A stretch of DNA of 61,769 nt, counting the filler, from Hemiscyllium ocellatum (taxonomy: Eukaryota), in NCBI RefSeq assembly GCF_020745735.1. It is 4 parts of 4 records of this genome, joined end to end, with 100 filler letters (N's around TTAATTAATTAA, not from the genome) between each part and the next. Parts side by side here need not be neighbours in the genome. Positions count along the whole stretch, not along the records: positions 1 to 21,683 come from NW_026867983.1; positions 21,784 to 49,298 come from NW_026867487.1; 2 more parts are not named here. One strand, given 5' to 3'. Numbering within the stretch: the stretch's first letter is position 1; every line of letters starts with the position of its first letter. A program made the translations under genes and the position numbers. The notes beneath the pieces were generated by a model. The model ran no database searches. It was not told where the DNA came from and was given only the letters and a program-made list of their open reading frames with translations. Shown here in pieces: positions 13,326 through 25,546 of this stretch.

Positions 13326-14084
13326 TAATGGAAATCTGTTTGGAATCTTGTAACCTCCAATGATTCCAGATCAAAGGGATCATTTGAAAGTGATTGATGA
13401 TTGGCTGTCAGTATCCTCTGCAACGATGTATCATTGATTGACAGGCCAATTAGCCAATTGTGACAATGCCATGCTGAAATGTAGCCAATCAGCTGAATGG
13501 AGTGGTCAATCTCCAAAGCACACACAGAGACAGAGACTGAATCTTCTTCATCTTTATTCCCTTTTCCAGATTGACATTGACAGAAAACAGTCAGCAATTA
13601 ACAGCCCAGACAGAGGAAGCTGCACAAATTCACAGCCACAATGGAGCTTGAGGAAAACACTTGTGGAGGTTTTCTCAATAGCACGAGAATCCTGTTCCTT
13701 CAAACAGTGATAAAACCTTAAATTGGAACTGGCGGCTGAGCAGGAAGGAGATCTGGTTTACTGAAGCAGAGACTTCTGAGGTTCACATTGTTTTGTACAG
13801 TTGACAGTCTTCAGCAACTTCAAGAGATTTTACTTGGCATCACAAGTCAACCTTGTCCCCATCAAACACTCCCAGAACAGGGACAGCATGGGGTTTGACA
13901 CAGCGTAAAGTTCTATCTACAGTGTCCCAATGAACTGCCATAACCCCTGAACCTCAGAAATGTCTCTGAGCTGGTCCTGAGAAGGAAGAGAGTTGAAATT
14001 CAGTGCTGACAATGACCTTTGACCTGCCAGCTCAGCCCTGTTCTATTTAAAGTTGTGTCTCCTCTGTGGACTGTCTTGAACACT

Positions 14085-14413
14085 CTACACACATTCTGAT
14101 CTCCTGATGCTCTTGCTGAGGGGAGAGGGGAGGGTCACATGGGTGAGGGCACAGGAGAAGCGAGCGTTAGACTCCCAATCAGACCCAGAGAGGGTCAGCA
14201 GGCTGCTGACACTGTAGGTGCTGTCCGAAGCTCGCAGGTAGTTGCTGGTCTGAACCCCGTCCGAAATGACTGCACCGTCCTTCTTCCACTGCACCTCCAG
14301 CTCATCGGGATAGAAGTGATTGGCAAGGCACACCAGGGTGGCAGTGCCCTTGGCATTGACCTGCTCTGGAGAGGGAGGCAGCAGGGACAGCTTGGGCTGG
14401 GAGTTGTCACGGC
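14085..14413 (-). CDS. IGKC: Immunoglobulin light-chain constant exon, kappa type (shark NS4/type III), intact
   Basis: Acceptor TTTTGTCTTTCAG at 14415/14414; phase-1 start, then RDNSQPKLSLLPPSPEQVNAKGTATLVCLANHFYPDELEVQWKKDGAVISDGVQTSNYLRASDSTYSVSSLLTLSGSDWESNARFSCALTHVTLPSPLSKSIRRSECV*. C1-set Cys/Trp/Cys and the penultimate inter-chain Cys are present. Confidence 0.95.
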
Positions 14414-14989
14414 CTGAAAGACAAAAGAAACACTTTTAATCCCTGTTATTCGAAGGGATTTTAACTCTCTGAACATTCACTGGCAAAATAATCCGTTTAA
14501 ACATTTGTAGCCAATACCTAACAAACCCCAGTAAAGAACAGGCATTGTTCAAATTGCTTCTTGGGATGTGAGTGTCACTGCTAGGATCAGCATTTATTGC
14601 CCATCCCTAATCACCCAGAGGGCAGTTTAGAATCAACCACATTGCTGTGGGTCTGGAGTCACATGGTAAGGATGGCAGTTTCCTTCCCTAAAGGGCATCA
14701 GGGAATCAAATGGCTTTTTTCCTGACAATCAATAATTGTTTCATGGTCATCATTAGACTCTTAATTGCAGATTTTAAAAATTGAATTCACATTCCACCAT
14801 CTGCTGCTGCAGGATTATAACCCTGGCCCCCAGAACATTAATCTGGATCTCTGGATGAACAGCTCAGCAATAGTACCATTAAATCATCACCTCCTTTATC
14901 TTATTTTTAGTTGCGAGTGAAAGCAAGAAGTTTGTTTCGGAACAGGGTGATTAGAAATAGCACAACTGAAAGACTCCCAGTTCATCCCA

Positions 14990-15680
14990 AAAAAGGTGAG
15001 TTCCTTGAAAGTGGAGTTGCAGGTAGGTAGGGGGGTGACAAAGTCATTTGGCATGCTTTCCTTTATTGGGCAGTGCATTGAGTATTGGAGTTGGGAGCTG
15101 TTGCACCTGTACAGGACATTAGTTTGGCCCCTTTTGGAATACTGTGTGGAATTCTGGCCTCCCTGCTTTAGGAAAATTGTTGGGAAAATTAAAATGGTTC
15201 AGAAAAGATTTCCAAGGATGTTGCCAAGTTGGATGGTTTGTGCGATCAGGAGAGGCTGAATAGGCTGAGGCTATTTTCCCTGGATCACTGGAGGCTGAGG
15301 GATGACCATATCGAGGTTTCTAACATCATGAGGGACATTGATCAAATGAAACAAGAAGATATTTTGGTCAGAGTGAAGGAGTCCAGAACTAGAGGGCATA
15401 GGTGGAAAGTATCAGGAGAACGATTTAAGTGGGAACTAAGGCATAACTTATTCCTGCCGAGGATGGTACATTTTTGGAATGAGCTGCCAGAGGAAGTGGT
15501 GGAGGCTGGTATGATAACATTTAAAAGGCACTTTGGTGAGTATATGAATAGGAAGGGTTTAGAAGGATATGGGCCAAATGCTGACAAATGGGATTAGATT
15601 AATTTAGTTTATCTGGTCGGCATAGATGAGTTGGACAGAAGGATCTGTTTCTGTGCAGTACAACTCTCTGACTCTATGTC
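14990..15680 (+). mobile_element. CR1 LINE 3' fragment
   Basis: ORFs 14996-15259 and 15229-15597 encode decayed CR1 ORF2 C-terminus (LYRTLVWPLLEYCVEFW, RTRGHRWK, FWNELPEEVVEA). Confidence 0.85.
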
Positions 15681-16049
15681 TCTGTGGCTGCCATGGATGA
15701 GTCAGATCGAAGATTCTGTTTCTAATTGGGACCCTAATTGTGTTTCAGTCAAGCCCTCAGCACCTCAGACTCTCCCAAAACATTCACATTTTATTTGAAA
15801 ACCAGTCAATTTTGCAATTTCAGGAAAGGGGCTGCCAATTTCTACACAGCAAGATCCCACTGGAAGCAATGAGATCAAAGAGCATTCTTCATGATTTTGG
15901 TTCAAGGATAAATATTGTCCTGAACTCAACCCAAAGAGAAAGTAATTTGGTTCAGTTGGATGGAAATTGAGAAAACGGAAGGGAATGGAGAAGGTAGGAT
16001 TGTGGTTAGTGATGGGATTGATTGTTACCAGAAAATAAAAGGAAGGGAC

Positions 16050-18480
16050 TGGAGTTTTGAATATCAAAGGGATCAGAAAAATGCAGGGAAATCGATAATA
16101 GATCAAACTTAAAGACTTTGGATCTAAATGCACGAAGCATTCTGAGTAAGGGAGAAAAATGATGCCACAAATTGAGGTAAATTGAGATTCCAAGGAATTT
16201 AAACCAGTTAAAGTGGAGGAGGGCTCAGGAGAGATTATTCAAGATTCTAGAAGATGTAAAAGGACAGAGAGTGTGGAAAGGATCAGGTATCGAATGTAAA
16301 GCACAGCAGATAAGACGACAATGATGGGAAGGAGGGCAGTCAATGCAGGACTGAGGGTGTTGTACTTAAATGCACACAATATACACAATGAGCTTGTAGT
16401 GCAGATTGAAACTGGCAGGTACAATGTTGTGGGTATCACAGAGACATGGCTGTAAGGGGATCCGGGCTGGGAACTAAATATCCAAGGATCCATGTCCTAT
16501 CAAAAGGACAGGCAGATGGGCAGAAGGGCAAGAGTTGTGTTGTTAGTAAGAAATTTCTTTAAATCAATAGCAAGAAGTGATACAGTCAGAAGGTGTAGAA
16601 TCTGTGTGGGCAGAGTTGAGGAACCCAAGAAATAAAGAATCTGATGCAAGTTATGTTCAGGTCTCCAAGCAGTAGCCAGGGTGTGGGGAAGAAAATCAAT
16701 CAGGAGACAGAAAAGGGTAAAAACAATGACTGCAGATGCTGGAAACCAGATTCTAGATTAGAGTGGTGCTGGAAAAGTACAGCAGTTCAGGTAGCATCCG
16801 ACGAGTAGTAAAATCAACGTTTCGGGTAAAAGCCCTTCATCAGGAATAGAGGCAGACAGCCTGAAGGTTGGAGAGAAAAGTGAGAGGAGGGTGGGGCTGC
16901 GGACAAAGTAGCATAGAGTACAATAGTTAAGTACAATAGGGGGTGGGAGGGTGGAGTGGATAGGTGGAAAAGAAGATAGGCAGGTAGGACAAGTTATGGA
17001 GACATTGCTGAGCTGGAAGCTTGGAACTGGAGACAAAAAAGCCAAATACAAAATGTTATGGCAGACTTCAATGGATAGATGGACTGGGTAGCGCATCTCA
17101 ACAAAAGGATTTCATGGAATGTCTATGAGATGATTTTTGAAACAGCTTGTGCTTGATCATTTGGAACAGGCAGTTCTGGATTCAGTGATGTGTAATGAGG
17201 CAAACTTGGTTAGTGAGCTGAAAATGAAAGTATCCCTCCGGATAAGTGACCATAATACGATAGAATTCCCCCTGTAGTTTGAGAGGGAGAAGCTGAAATC
17301 AGATGGAACAGGATTTCAATTGAGTAAAGGGAACGACAAAGACGTGAGGAAGGAGTTGACCAGAGTTGGTTGGAAGGGGAGCCGAGCAGATAAGATGGTG
17401 GGGCAGCAAACAGCAGAGTTTCTGGGGGTAATTGAGGAAGCAGAGTAGGAATTCCTCCTGAAAAAGACGAAACAGATGAAGCGGAGGACAATGTAACCAT
17501 GGCTGATGAGGGAGATCAAGGACAGCATAAAAGCAAAAGGAAAAGGCATACAATGTGGTGGACAATAGTGGGAAGCCAGAGGATTAGGAAGTCTTTAAAA
17601 ACCTGTAGAGGATAACTAAAAAAACATTCAGGGGACAGAAGGTGAAATGTGGGGGAAAGCGAGCCAGTAATATAAAAGAAGATTGCAAGAGTTTCATCAG
17701 ATATATAAAAAGGAAGAGGGATGCGGAAATAGACATTGGAAAAAGAATAATAGGAAAATGAAGAAAACGCCGAGGAATTGAATACATTACATCAGTCTGC
17801 ACAATGGAAAACACCAGCAATGTCCTAGTACTTCAAGAATGTCAGGGGGCCGAGGTGAGTGTAGTGGCCATCACTAAGGAGGAGGTACTGGGGAGGCTGA
17901 AAGGTCTGAATGTGGATGACTCACCCAGACTGGATGAACTACACCCATGTGTTCTGAAGGAGATCACTGAGGAGGTGATGGGGACATTGGTGATGATCTT
18001 TCAGGAATCAATGGAGTCAGGGTATGGAGGTATTTTCTAAATAAGGAAAGCCTTTGGAGATCTAAAGTACAAACCTCATTCAGGTTTCTCTTCAGGTTAA
18101 CAGGCAGGTCCAGTTTGTGCTTGGGAAGGCAAATGAAATGTTCACAATCATTTCAATAGGGCCAGAATACAAGAGCAGAGATGTACTGCTGAGGCTGTGT
18201 AAGGCTCTGGTCAGACTGAATTTGGAATATTTTGAGCAGATTTGGGACCCATATTCTAAGAAACAATGTGTTGGCATTGGAGGGGTTTACAAGAATGATC
18301 CTGGGGATGAAAGGCTTGTCATATGAGGCATGGTTGAGGATTCTGGGTCTGTACTCAATGGAGTTTAGAAGGATGAGGAGGGACCTTATTAAAATTTGCA
18401 GAATATAGATAGGCCTGGATAGAGTGGATACAGAGAAAATGTTTCCAAAAACAGGAGAGACTCGGTAACCAAGGCACAGC
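16050..18480 (+). mobile_element. Decayed CR1 LINE ORF2 pieces with a nested Penelope fragment (~16720-17030)
   Basis: Endonuclease-like sequence (LYLNAHNI, VVGITETWL) and RT pieces (EEVLGRLKGLNVD..P..D.LHP.VLKEI); AAAACAATGACTGCAGATGCTGGAAACCAG marks the PLE insertion. Ends approximate. Confidence 0.65.
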
Positions 18481-19294
18481 CTCAGAATGAAGGGCCGACC
18501 CTTTCGAGCTGAGATGAGGAGGAATTTCTTCAGCCAGAAGGTGGTGAATCTGTGGAACTCATTGTTACAGAGGGCAGGGGAGGCCAAGTCACTGAGTGTA
18601 TTTAAGACAGAGATAGATAGGTTCATGATTGTTAAGGGGATGGAAAGTTCCTGTGGAGTAGGCAGGAGAATGGGGGTGAGAAGCATATCTGCCAAGGTCA
18701 AATGGCAGAGCAGATTCAATGGGCTGATTTCTGCTCCTATTTCTTAAAGTCATCTGGAGAGTTTCCCCAAAACCCTAGAACACTGAACCCACTGGACTGT
18801 GAGCCCTGCTGTAGCTGTTTGTCATCAGAACTCTGCAAAGAGATAATCCAAGAGTGGAAAGAGTGTGCATCCATGTGGGAATTTCAGAATGTTTCCAAGT
18901 TCCTGGAATACCATGAGTACAGGAAGTGAGGTCAGTGATAGCAGTTGGAGCTCCAGGTTTCGGAGCTTGAGCAGCAGCTGGTGTCAGTGAGAAATGTCCG
19001 TGAGGCTGAGAGCTCCGTGGAGAACACGTTTCTAGATGTGGTCACTCTGCAGCTTCAGAGTATGCAGGGAGAGAGGTATAGGGGGAGCAGCAGACAGTCC
19101 AAAAGTCCCCTGAGTGCATCGCACTCTCCACCCAAGCTTCAGTTCAGAATCATGATGAGAATGGGAGTCTTTAGTTTCTGAATATAGTTTGGGGTAGCAG
19201 CTGTGTAATTGGCAGAGAGAGGCTAGACTTGCGAGAGTGTGTTCAGGTGAATTTTCAGGAGGCATCAGTGACTCAGTGGTGGCTCCGGTGGTGC

Positions 19295-19600
19295 ACCACG
19301 GTGGCTCAGTGGTTAGCACTGCAGCCTCATAGTACCAGGGTCCCAGGTTCGATTCCAGCCTTGGGTGAGTGGAGTTTGCACATTCTCCCTATGTCTGCGT
19401 GGGTTTCCTCCGGGTGCTCTGGTTTCCTCCCATGGTCCAAAGATGTGCAGGTCAGGTGAATTGTCCATGCTAAATTGACCATAGTGTTAGATGCATTACA
19501 GAGAGGGAAATGGTTCCGGGTGGGTTACTCTTCGGAGGATCGGTGTGGACTTGTTGGGCCGAAGGGCCTGTTTCCTCACTGTAGAGAATCTAATCTAATT
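19295..19600 (+). mobile_element. SINE of the same family
   Basis: CACGGTGGCTCAGTGGTTAGCACTGCAGCC...GGGCCGAAGGGCCTGTTTCC...AATCTAATCTAA. Confidence 0.8.
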
Positions 19601-20004
19601 AGTGGCAGCGAAGAAGGCTGTCTAAGAATACAATGGAATCTTGACCAACTGGGCCAGTGGGCTGAGGAATGGCAGATGGAGTTTAATTCAGATAAATGTG
19701 AGTGCTATATTTGGGTAAGACACAAGGGATGGGTGAGATCCCAAACAAATATTTCAGTTCATTATTTGTTATGGAGAAAGCTAGGGAATTTGTAAAAATA
19801 GTGATGACTTGAAAAGAGACCACACACAAATGAGGAGACGCAAAAGATCTTAAAAGACATAAAGGTAGATAAACCCTAGGACCTGATCATGTGCATCTCA
19901 GAACATTGTGGGAAACTAAGGAAGAGATTGCTGGGCCCCTTGCTGACATATGTGTATTACTGACAACCATGGGTAAGGGGCTAGAGAACCAGAGAGGTTG
20001 GCTA

Positions 20005-20280
20005 ATTAGATTAGATTAGATTAGATTAGATTAGATTACTTACAGTGTGGAAACAGGCCCTTCGGCCCAACAAGTCCACACTGACCCGCCGAAGCGCACC
20101 CACCCAGACCCATTCCCCTACACTTACCTCTGCACCTAACACTACAGGCAATTTAGCGTGGCCAATTCACCTAACCTGCACATTACGACTGTGGGAGGAA
20201 ACCGGAGAACCCGGAGGAACCCCACGCAGACATGGGGAGAATGTGCAAACTCCACACAGTCAGTTGCCTAAGGCGGGAAT
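20005..20280 (-). mobile_element. SINE of the same family with (TTAGA)n tail
   Basis: AGATT repeats at ~20005-20036 followed by the reverse-complement SINE body. Confidence 0.8.
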
Positions 20281-20284
20281 AATG

Positions 20285-21683
20285 TTATGCCATTATTTGA
20301 GAAAGACTGTAAGGAAAAGCCAGGGAACTATAGACAAGTGAGCCTGATGTCAGTGCTGGGTAAGATGTTGGAGTGGATTCTGTGGGTTAGGATTTACATT
20401 CTTTGGATAATCAATGTGGTTTTATGCATAGAAAATCATGTCTCCTGAATTTGATTGAGGAGGTGACAAAGAAGATTGATGAAGACAGAGCAGTAAACAT
20501 TGTCTATATGGACTTTAGCAAAGTGTTTGACAAGGTTCCACATGATAGATTAGTTCATAAGGTTAGACCACAAGGAATCCAGTGGGAGTGAGCCATTGGG
20601 GTAAAAAAATTGGATTGAAGATAGGAGACAGAGAGTGTTGGTAAAGGGTTGTTTTTCAGACTGGAAATCTGTCTATAGCTGTGTGCCACAAGCATTGGTG
20701 CTGGGTTCACTACTTTTGTCATTTAAGAAATGATTTGGATGTGAATATAGGAGTTACAGTAAGTTTGTAGATGACATCAAAATTGGCGGGATAGTGGATA
20801 GTGAAGTAATTCATCTCAAGGTACAGCGGGACCTTGATCAGATGGGGCAATGGGCAGAGGTGTGGCAAATGGAATTCAGTTTAGTTAAATGCGAGATGAC
20901 GCATTTTGGAAAGGCAAACCAGGGCAGGATTTATACAGTTAATGGGAGGGCCCTGTGGAGTGTTGCTAAACAAAGAGACCTAGGGGTGAAGATGCAGGTG
21001 GATTATTCCTTGAAAGTGGGGTCACAGGTAGACAGGGTGATGAAAAGGTGTTGGGTATGCTTGCCTTTATTAGTCACAGCATTGAGTACAGGAGTTGGGA
21101 CATCATGGTGCAGCTGTACAGGAGATTGGTGAGGCCACTTTGAGAATGATGTGAAAAATTCTGATCATTCTGCGATAGGAAGGATGTTGTTAAACTTAAA
21201 AAGCTGCAGGAAAGATTTACAAGGACATGGCCAGGAATTTGAGGTTTTGATCTACAGGGAAAGGCTGACGAAACTGGGCTATTTTTCCCGCAGCATTCAA
21301 GGCTGAGGGATGGCCTTATAGATGTGTATAAAACCATGAGGGACATGGACAAGTTGCATATCCAAGGTCTTTTCCTTGGAAAGGGAGTCCAAAACAAGAT
21401 GGCATTGGTTTAAGGCGAGAGGCAAAAGATTCAAAAGGGACCTGAGAGGTAACTGTCACACAGAGGGTGGTGCGTGTCTGGATCGAGCTGCCAGAGAAAG
21501 CGTTGGACGCGGAAAAAATTACAACATTTAAAAGACATTGGGATGGGAACATGGATAGGAAGGGTTTAGAGGGATGTAAGCCAAATGCTGGCAAATGGGA
21601 TGAGGTTATTTAGGATATCTGGTTATCATGGACAAGTTGGACTGAAAGGTCTGTTTCCACGCTGTATAACTCCATGACTATAA
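20285..21683 (+). mobile_element. CR1 LINE 3' part (RT), decayed
   Basis: ORF pieces IVYMDFSKVFDKVPHDRL and LKVQRDLDQMGQWAEVWQMEF, ending in a CR1 3' tail just before the gap. Confidence 0.85.
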
Positions 21684-21783
21684 NNNNNNNNNNNNNNNNN
21701 NNNNNNNNNNNNNNNNNNNNNNNNNNNTTAATTAATTAANNNNNNNNNNNNNNNNNNNNNNNNNNNNNNNNNNNNNNNNNNNN
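21684..21783. other. Placeholder gap with six-frame-stop linker
   Basis: 44 N + TTAATTAATTAA (21728-21739) + 44 N. Confidence 0.98.
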
Positions 21784-21959
21784 ATTTTGAATGGCATTAA
21801 AAGAGGCAAATATCAGTCAAAAAGTTCAAGATATATCTGCATGTTGTTTTCCGAAATAACTATACTAGAATGTCGAAATTCAAATTAAAGAGTTGACACA
21901 AACAATGAACTCGTTATTTCTGATCCTGGAGAGTGAGTTCTGTATTCTACCAATCTGAA

Positions 21960-24900
21960 TTAACGATTATGCAGTTTGATGTACTGTTGAAAGAATCGAG
22001 TGATCGTATTCAGTGGCCAAATCAGCACCTTCTTCACCTCCTCTCTAAATTTTTTCTGAGCTATTGCATATATGAAGACATTATTGCAGGAACTCAGCAA
22101 CTGCAGCATGTTTGTTGTTTCTTGAAAGATATACTGAGGATCATTGAAATCCACGCTGGTGACATAGCCATGACCTGTAACTTGACCGTAGAGGAAATAC
22201 ACAATATAAGTGGCCCACAAGAGGAGGAAGCTGAGTGATATTGCGAAGAGAAGAACAATGGATCTCTTGCGGTTAGCCACCTCCTGATCTTCACGATTCT
22301 CAGCACCCCGGAGCCTCTGGCGAGCTCTGCTGGCCGCCAAAATGTGTTTAACGGTCAGGACATTGAGCAGAAGAATGAGGAAGAAAGGCAAAAACGGGGC
22401 AAGAATGTGATCCAGCCAGTCATACACCTGCCAAATAAGTGAAGTGTAGAAATTTGACTTGATCACACAGAACCAAGGCACCCTGTTCACCATGTACAAA
22501 GGCTTGAAGACGAAGTAGAATGGGACATTCTTGATCCAGCTCAGGAAGCAGACTATTCCTATAACTAGCAATGCAGTTTTCTGATTGCAGTATCTGGTCT
22601 TGAGGCTTGGGCAGCAGATGGCTACAGAACGGTCAATGGTAAAGGCAACAGTCAGCCAGACTGAGCCATCTCTCGTTGCATAGGCCAGCACAGCGCTGGG
22701 CCTGCAAAAAGGAGTTGTGGAGAGTACACTGTTCCGGAAATATATGCTTCCAATTCGGTTCAGGATGACAACAGTGATGATAATAAGCAAATCAGTTGCC
22801 GCTATTGCAACAAGGTAGTAGGTAATGCACCGGGAGAGACCACAGCGACCTCGGGCAAGGATTATGATCGCCACAAAATTCGCTGTGAATCGAAAGAAAG
22901 GCATGGGATATGAATGATTCCAAAAAGCAACTGGAGTTTTCTCCATTTCGTTTTGGAAGACCCTTAATCTTGTTCGTTTTCCATCTACACACTAACTGTC
23001 ATAAATCCCATGGTTATTCATTTAATTTCTAATGTTGATTTTTGCATTTGCCAATAGAAAACTTATTCATTCAATCCCTCTTCTCCAATCTACTCTGCAG
23101 TGTGATGGTAGCCTGTCATCGTACAAGCCCTACTGTGTAAAAGCAGCCCAACAGTTCATTTGGCGCAACAAGTCCACGCCAAACCTCCAAAGAATATACC
23201 AACATGTCACACCACACAAACGTATCTTTCTAACCCTGCATTTCCCATGGTTTATCCATCTCAGCCACACATACCTGTACATTACATGCAATTTAGCATC
23301 GCCAATCTATCGTGAACCTTCACATCCTTGAATAGTGGGAGGAAAACCAGAGCACTGGAGTAAACCACGCAGATATTAGGAGAATGTGCAAACTACACAA
23401 AGACATTCACCCAAGAGTGCGTTTGAACCTGGGTATCTGGAGCTACCAGGTAGCAGTCCTAACTATTGAGCCACCATGCTTTCTTGAAGGGAGACTTGTT
23501 CAGAGCTATTTCTCTTTAGTGGCTGGCATTGCTACAATAGGGCAATGTGGTGGTTGAGAAATAGTGGGCAAATACCTTCGATTTTCTTGACTGCATTTGT
23601 TAAATTACGCGAAAGAAGCATGAGTGGCTGAAGTCAGACTCGCAGAGACCTCGAATTTCAGTTTTGCTTTCAGTTGGAGTTTGGAGTTGGCTGTTGATGC
23701 TGGTGCATACCGTTCTCTCTCTCTCTCTCTCTCTGCACCTCGCTGTCAGCCGTAGGGAAAGGCTTCGTCGCTCTATTTCTCTCTCTCTCACTCTCTTGGA
23801 AGCCATCTCTTTTCTCTGCAAGATTAATTATTTCAGTGCTCCTTTCTCCTGGACTGGAGATAGCACGTGAGGAATGTTTGTTCTGCTGCATTTGCCTTTG
23901 CCTCGTTTGTTTTTATGGCATACTGCTGCATTTGACCAGTTGACGATTAAAAAAAAATAAATTATTTTATTAAGTTTGCCCATAGAGTTAAAGCTGTGAC
24001 AATCCTTACTTTCCTGTTTCACTTTTCGTATGTATTAAGAATAAAGTGTGTTTTGCTCAAGCCTAGTGTTGGAGCAATCGAAAGACATCTGAAACACAAC
24101 GTCCTACACTTGCCTTTAATTAAATAAAAAAGTTAGGCTAAAGGCCTTTTTCCTTAAAATAATTTGAAGGGGTTTGGCCGGGTCCACAACCCTGGTCACT
24201 GAGTCAATCTATCCAGGTTATTATCAACCAAAGCATTTCTCTTTATATATCTGCTTAATCCACGAACGGTTTGCCCACCTCGTCTCCAGTAATGGAAATA
24301 TTTCAATTTAAATAACTCTTATTCTTATAATGATTCAAACAGCTCCATAGTTTCAGCAACTGTACAAACTTCTGGGATCAGAATGAACATCCAATCATAG
24401 ACTTCTGTATAGGCCTCACATGAATCATTCTAACAACATTTTTTTTTCTCTTTCCCTTTAGCTGTGGAGATCCTGCTCTTTAATACCTTAAGGTATTCTG
24501 TACCACAATGACTTCATTTCTCCATATGTCTTCACCACGTTCTTTCTGACCAAACTCCTTGTTCAAACCTTTGCTCACCTGCCCTAATACCTCCTTGTTT
24601 CATCTGGTATCAAACGGTCTTGTTAAATCTGCCATCAAACAGTCTGACCATATATAATAAACCATTTGAGGAAACAAATGTGCCTTTAACCTTTAAAAGT
24701 TCTAATGAGGAATGAACAAAATAACATTGAGTTGCCAGCGACAATCACATACCACTCAACATTAAGAACTGCAATCAGTAAATGTAAAATCCAGCTGTAA
24801 AAGACGTACCATCACAGAACACCATGCATAATTGATTTAATGTATTGCACCTTTGTTCGATTTGTTCAAATGTGCCGCAATTATCTCTGAAGATTGCATT

Positions 24901-25546
24901 AACAACAAGGACTGGTCAATGGGAATTCGATCTAAAGCAACACTTACATCCACCTAAATGTCTCATTCGAGATTTCTGTAACAATTACTGTATTTTTATT
25001 CTACAATACATCGAAAATAATGATTTTGCAAAAAAATCATTTTACAAAATGAGTATAAAAGCAGTGATTGAAAATGCAATTTTACTACATTGTGATATGT
25101 CATAATGCTAAATAGTACAAAAACTAAAGAACATTTCAAGAAATTAGAATAAAGCTTAAAGTTCAGTAATATGACAAATTAAAATTCATGTAATGTATTA
25201 TATTACAATATGTACTTCATCAAAGTAAGAAATGTGCAGAATGATAAGTTTGTAACATGCATTAATACTCCATGATGCAAGTGCAAAGGTTGCACTCCCG
25301 TACATCAAGTAATGCATAATGTGCTATTGTCTGTTTCAAGAAATGATAACACGGTAAAAGTTCATAATGCTCGTACAGCTCTGATTATTCACAATATTCA
25401 GCCCATTCTGCAAAGGAATGTCCAAATTATCTGGATGTTAAGAAAAGCAATAGAACTTACTTTGGTCATGACTTACCAGGAACACCAATAGAAGCGAGAA
25501 TGGGATAGCAAACGGCAAATACTGGGCCATTCGCTGGGCCATGCAT
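21960..25546 (-). CDS. Two-exon class A GPCR, GPR139/GPR142-like, 330 aa (exon 1 25546-25477, exon 2 22882-21960)
   Basis: Exon 1 MHGPANGPVFAVCYPILASIGVP ends at G|GTAAGT; exon 2 starts after TTTCTTTCGATTCACAG and continues (A)NFVAIIILARGRCGLS...ATDLL...FTIDRSVAIC...SCNNVFIY...KKFREEV*. Phases are compatible and seven hydrophobic segments are visible. Confidence 0.88.
23546..24188 (+). mobile_element. Probable solo LTR in the GPCR intron
   Basis: Bounded by TGTGG...CCACA inverted ends, with an internal CT tract and an AATAAA near 24040; no target-site duplication found. Confidence 0.45.

Noticed and set aside
13396-13500. Cluster of CCAAT boxes downstream of C-kappa
   Set aside because: Adjacent to the Penelope insertion and probably repeat-derived; no associated gene.
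21728-21739. TTAATTAATTAA palindrome as a biological motif
   Set aside because: Identical and centred in three 100-nt N blocks, so it is an assembly linker.
22883-22946. ORF-track start giving a single-exon 328-aa GPCR
   Set aside because: The segment ends in a polypyrimidine tract and CAG, lacks the first half of TM1, and a phase-compatible exon exists at 25546-25477.
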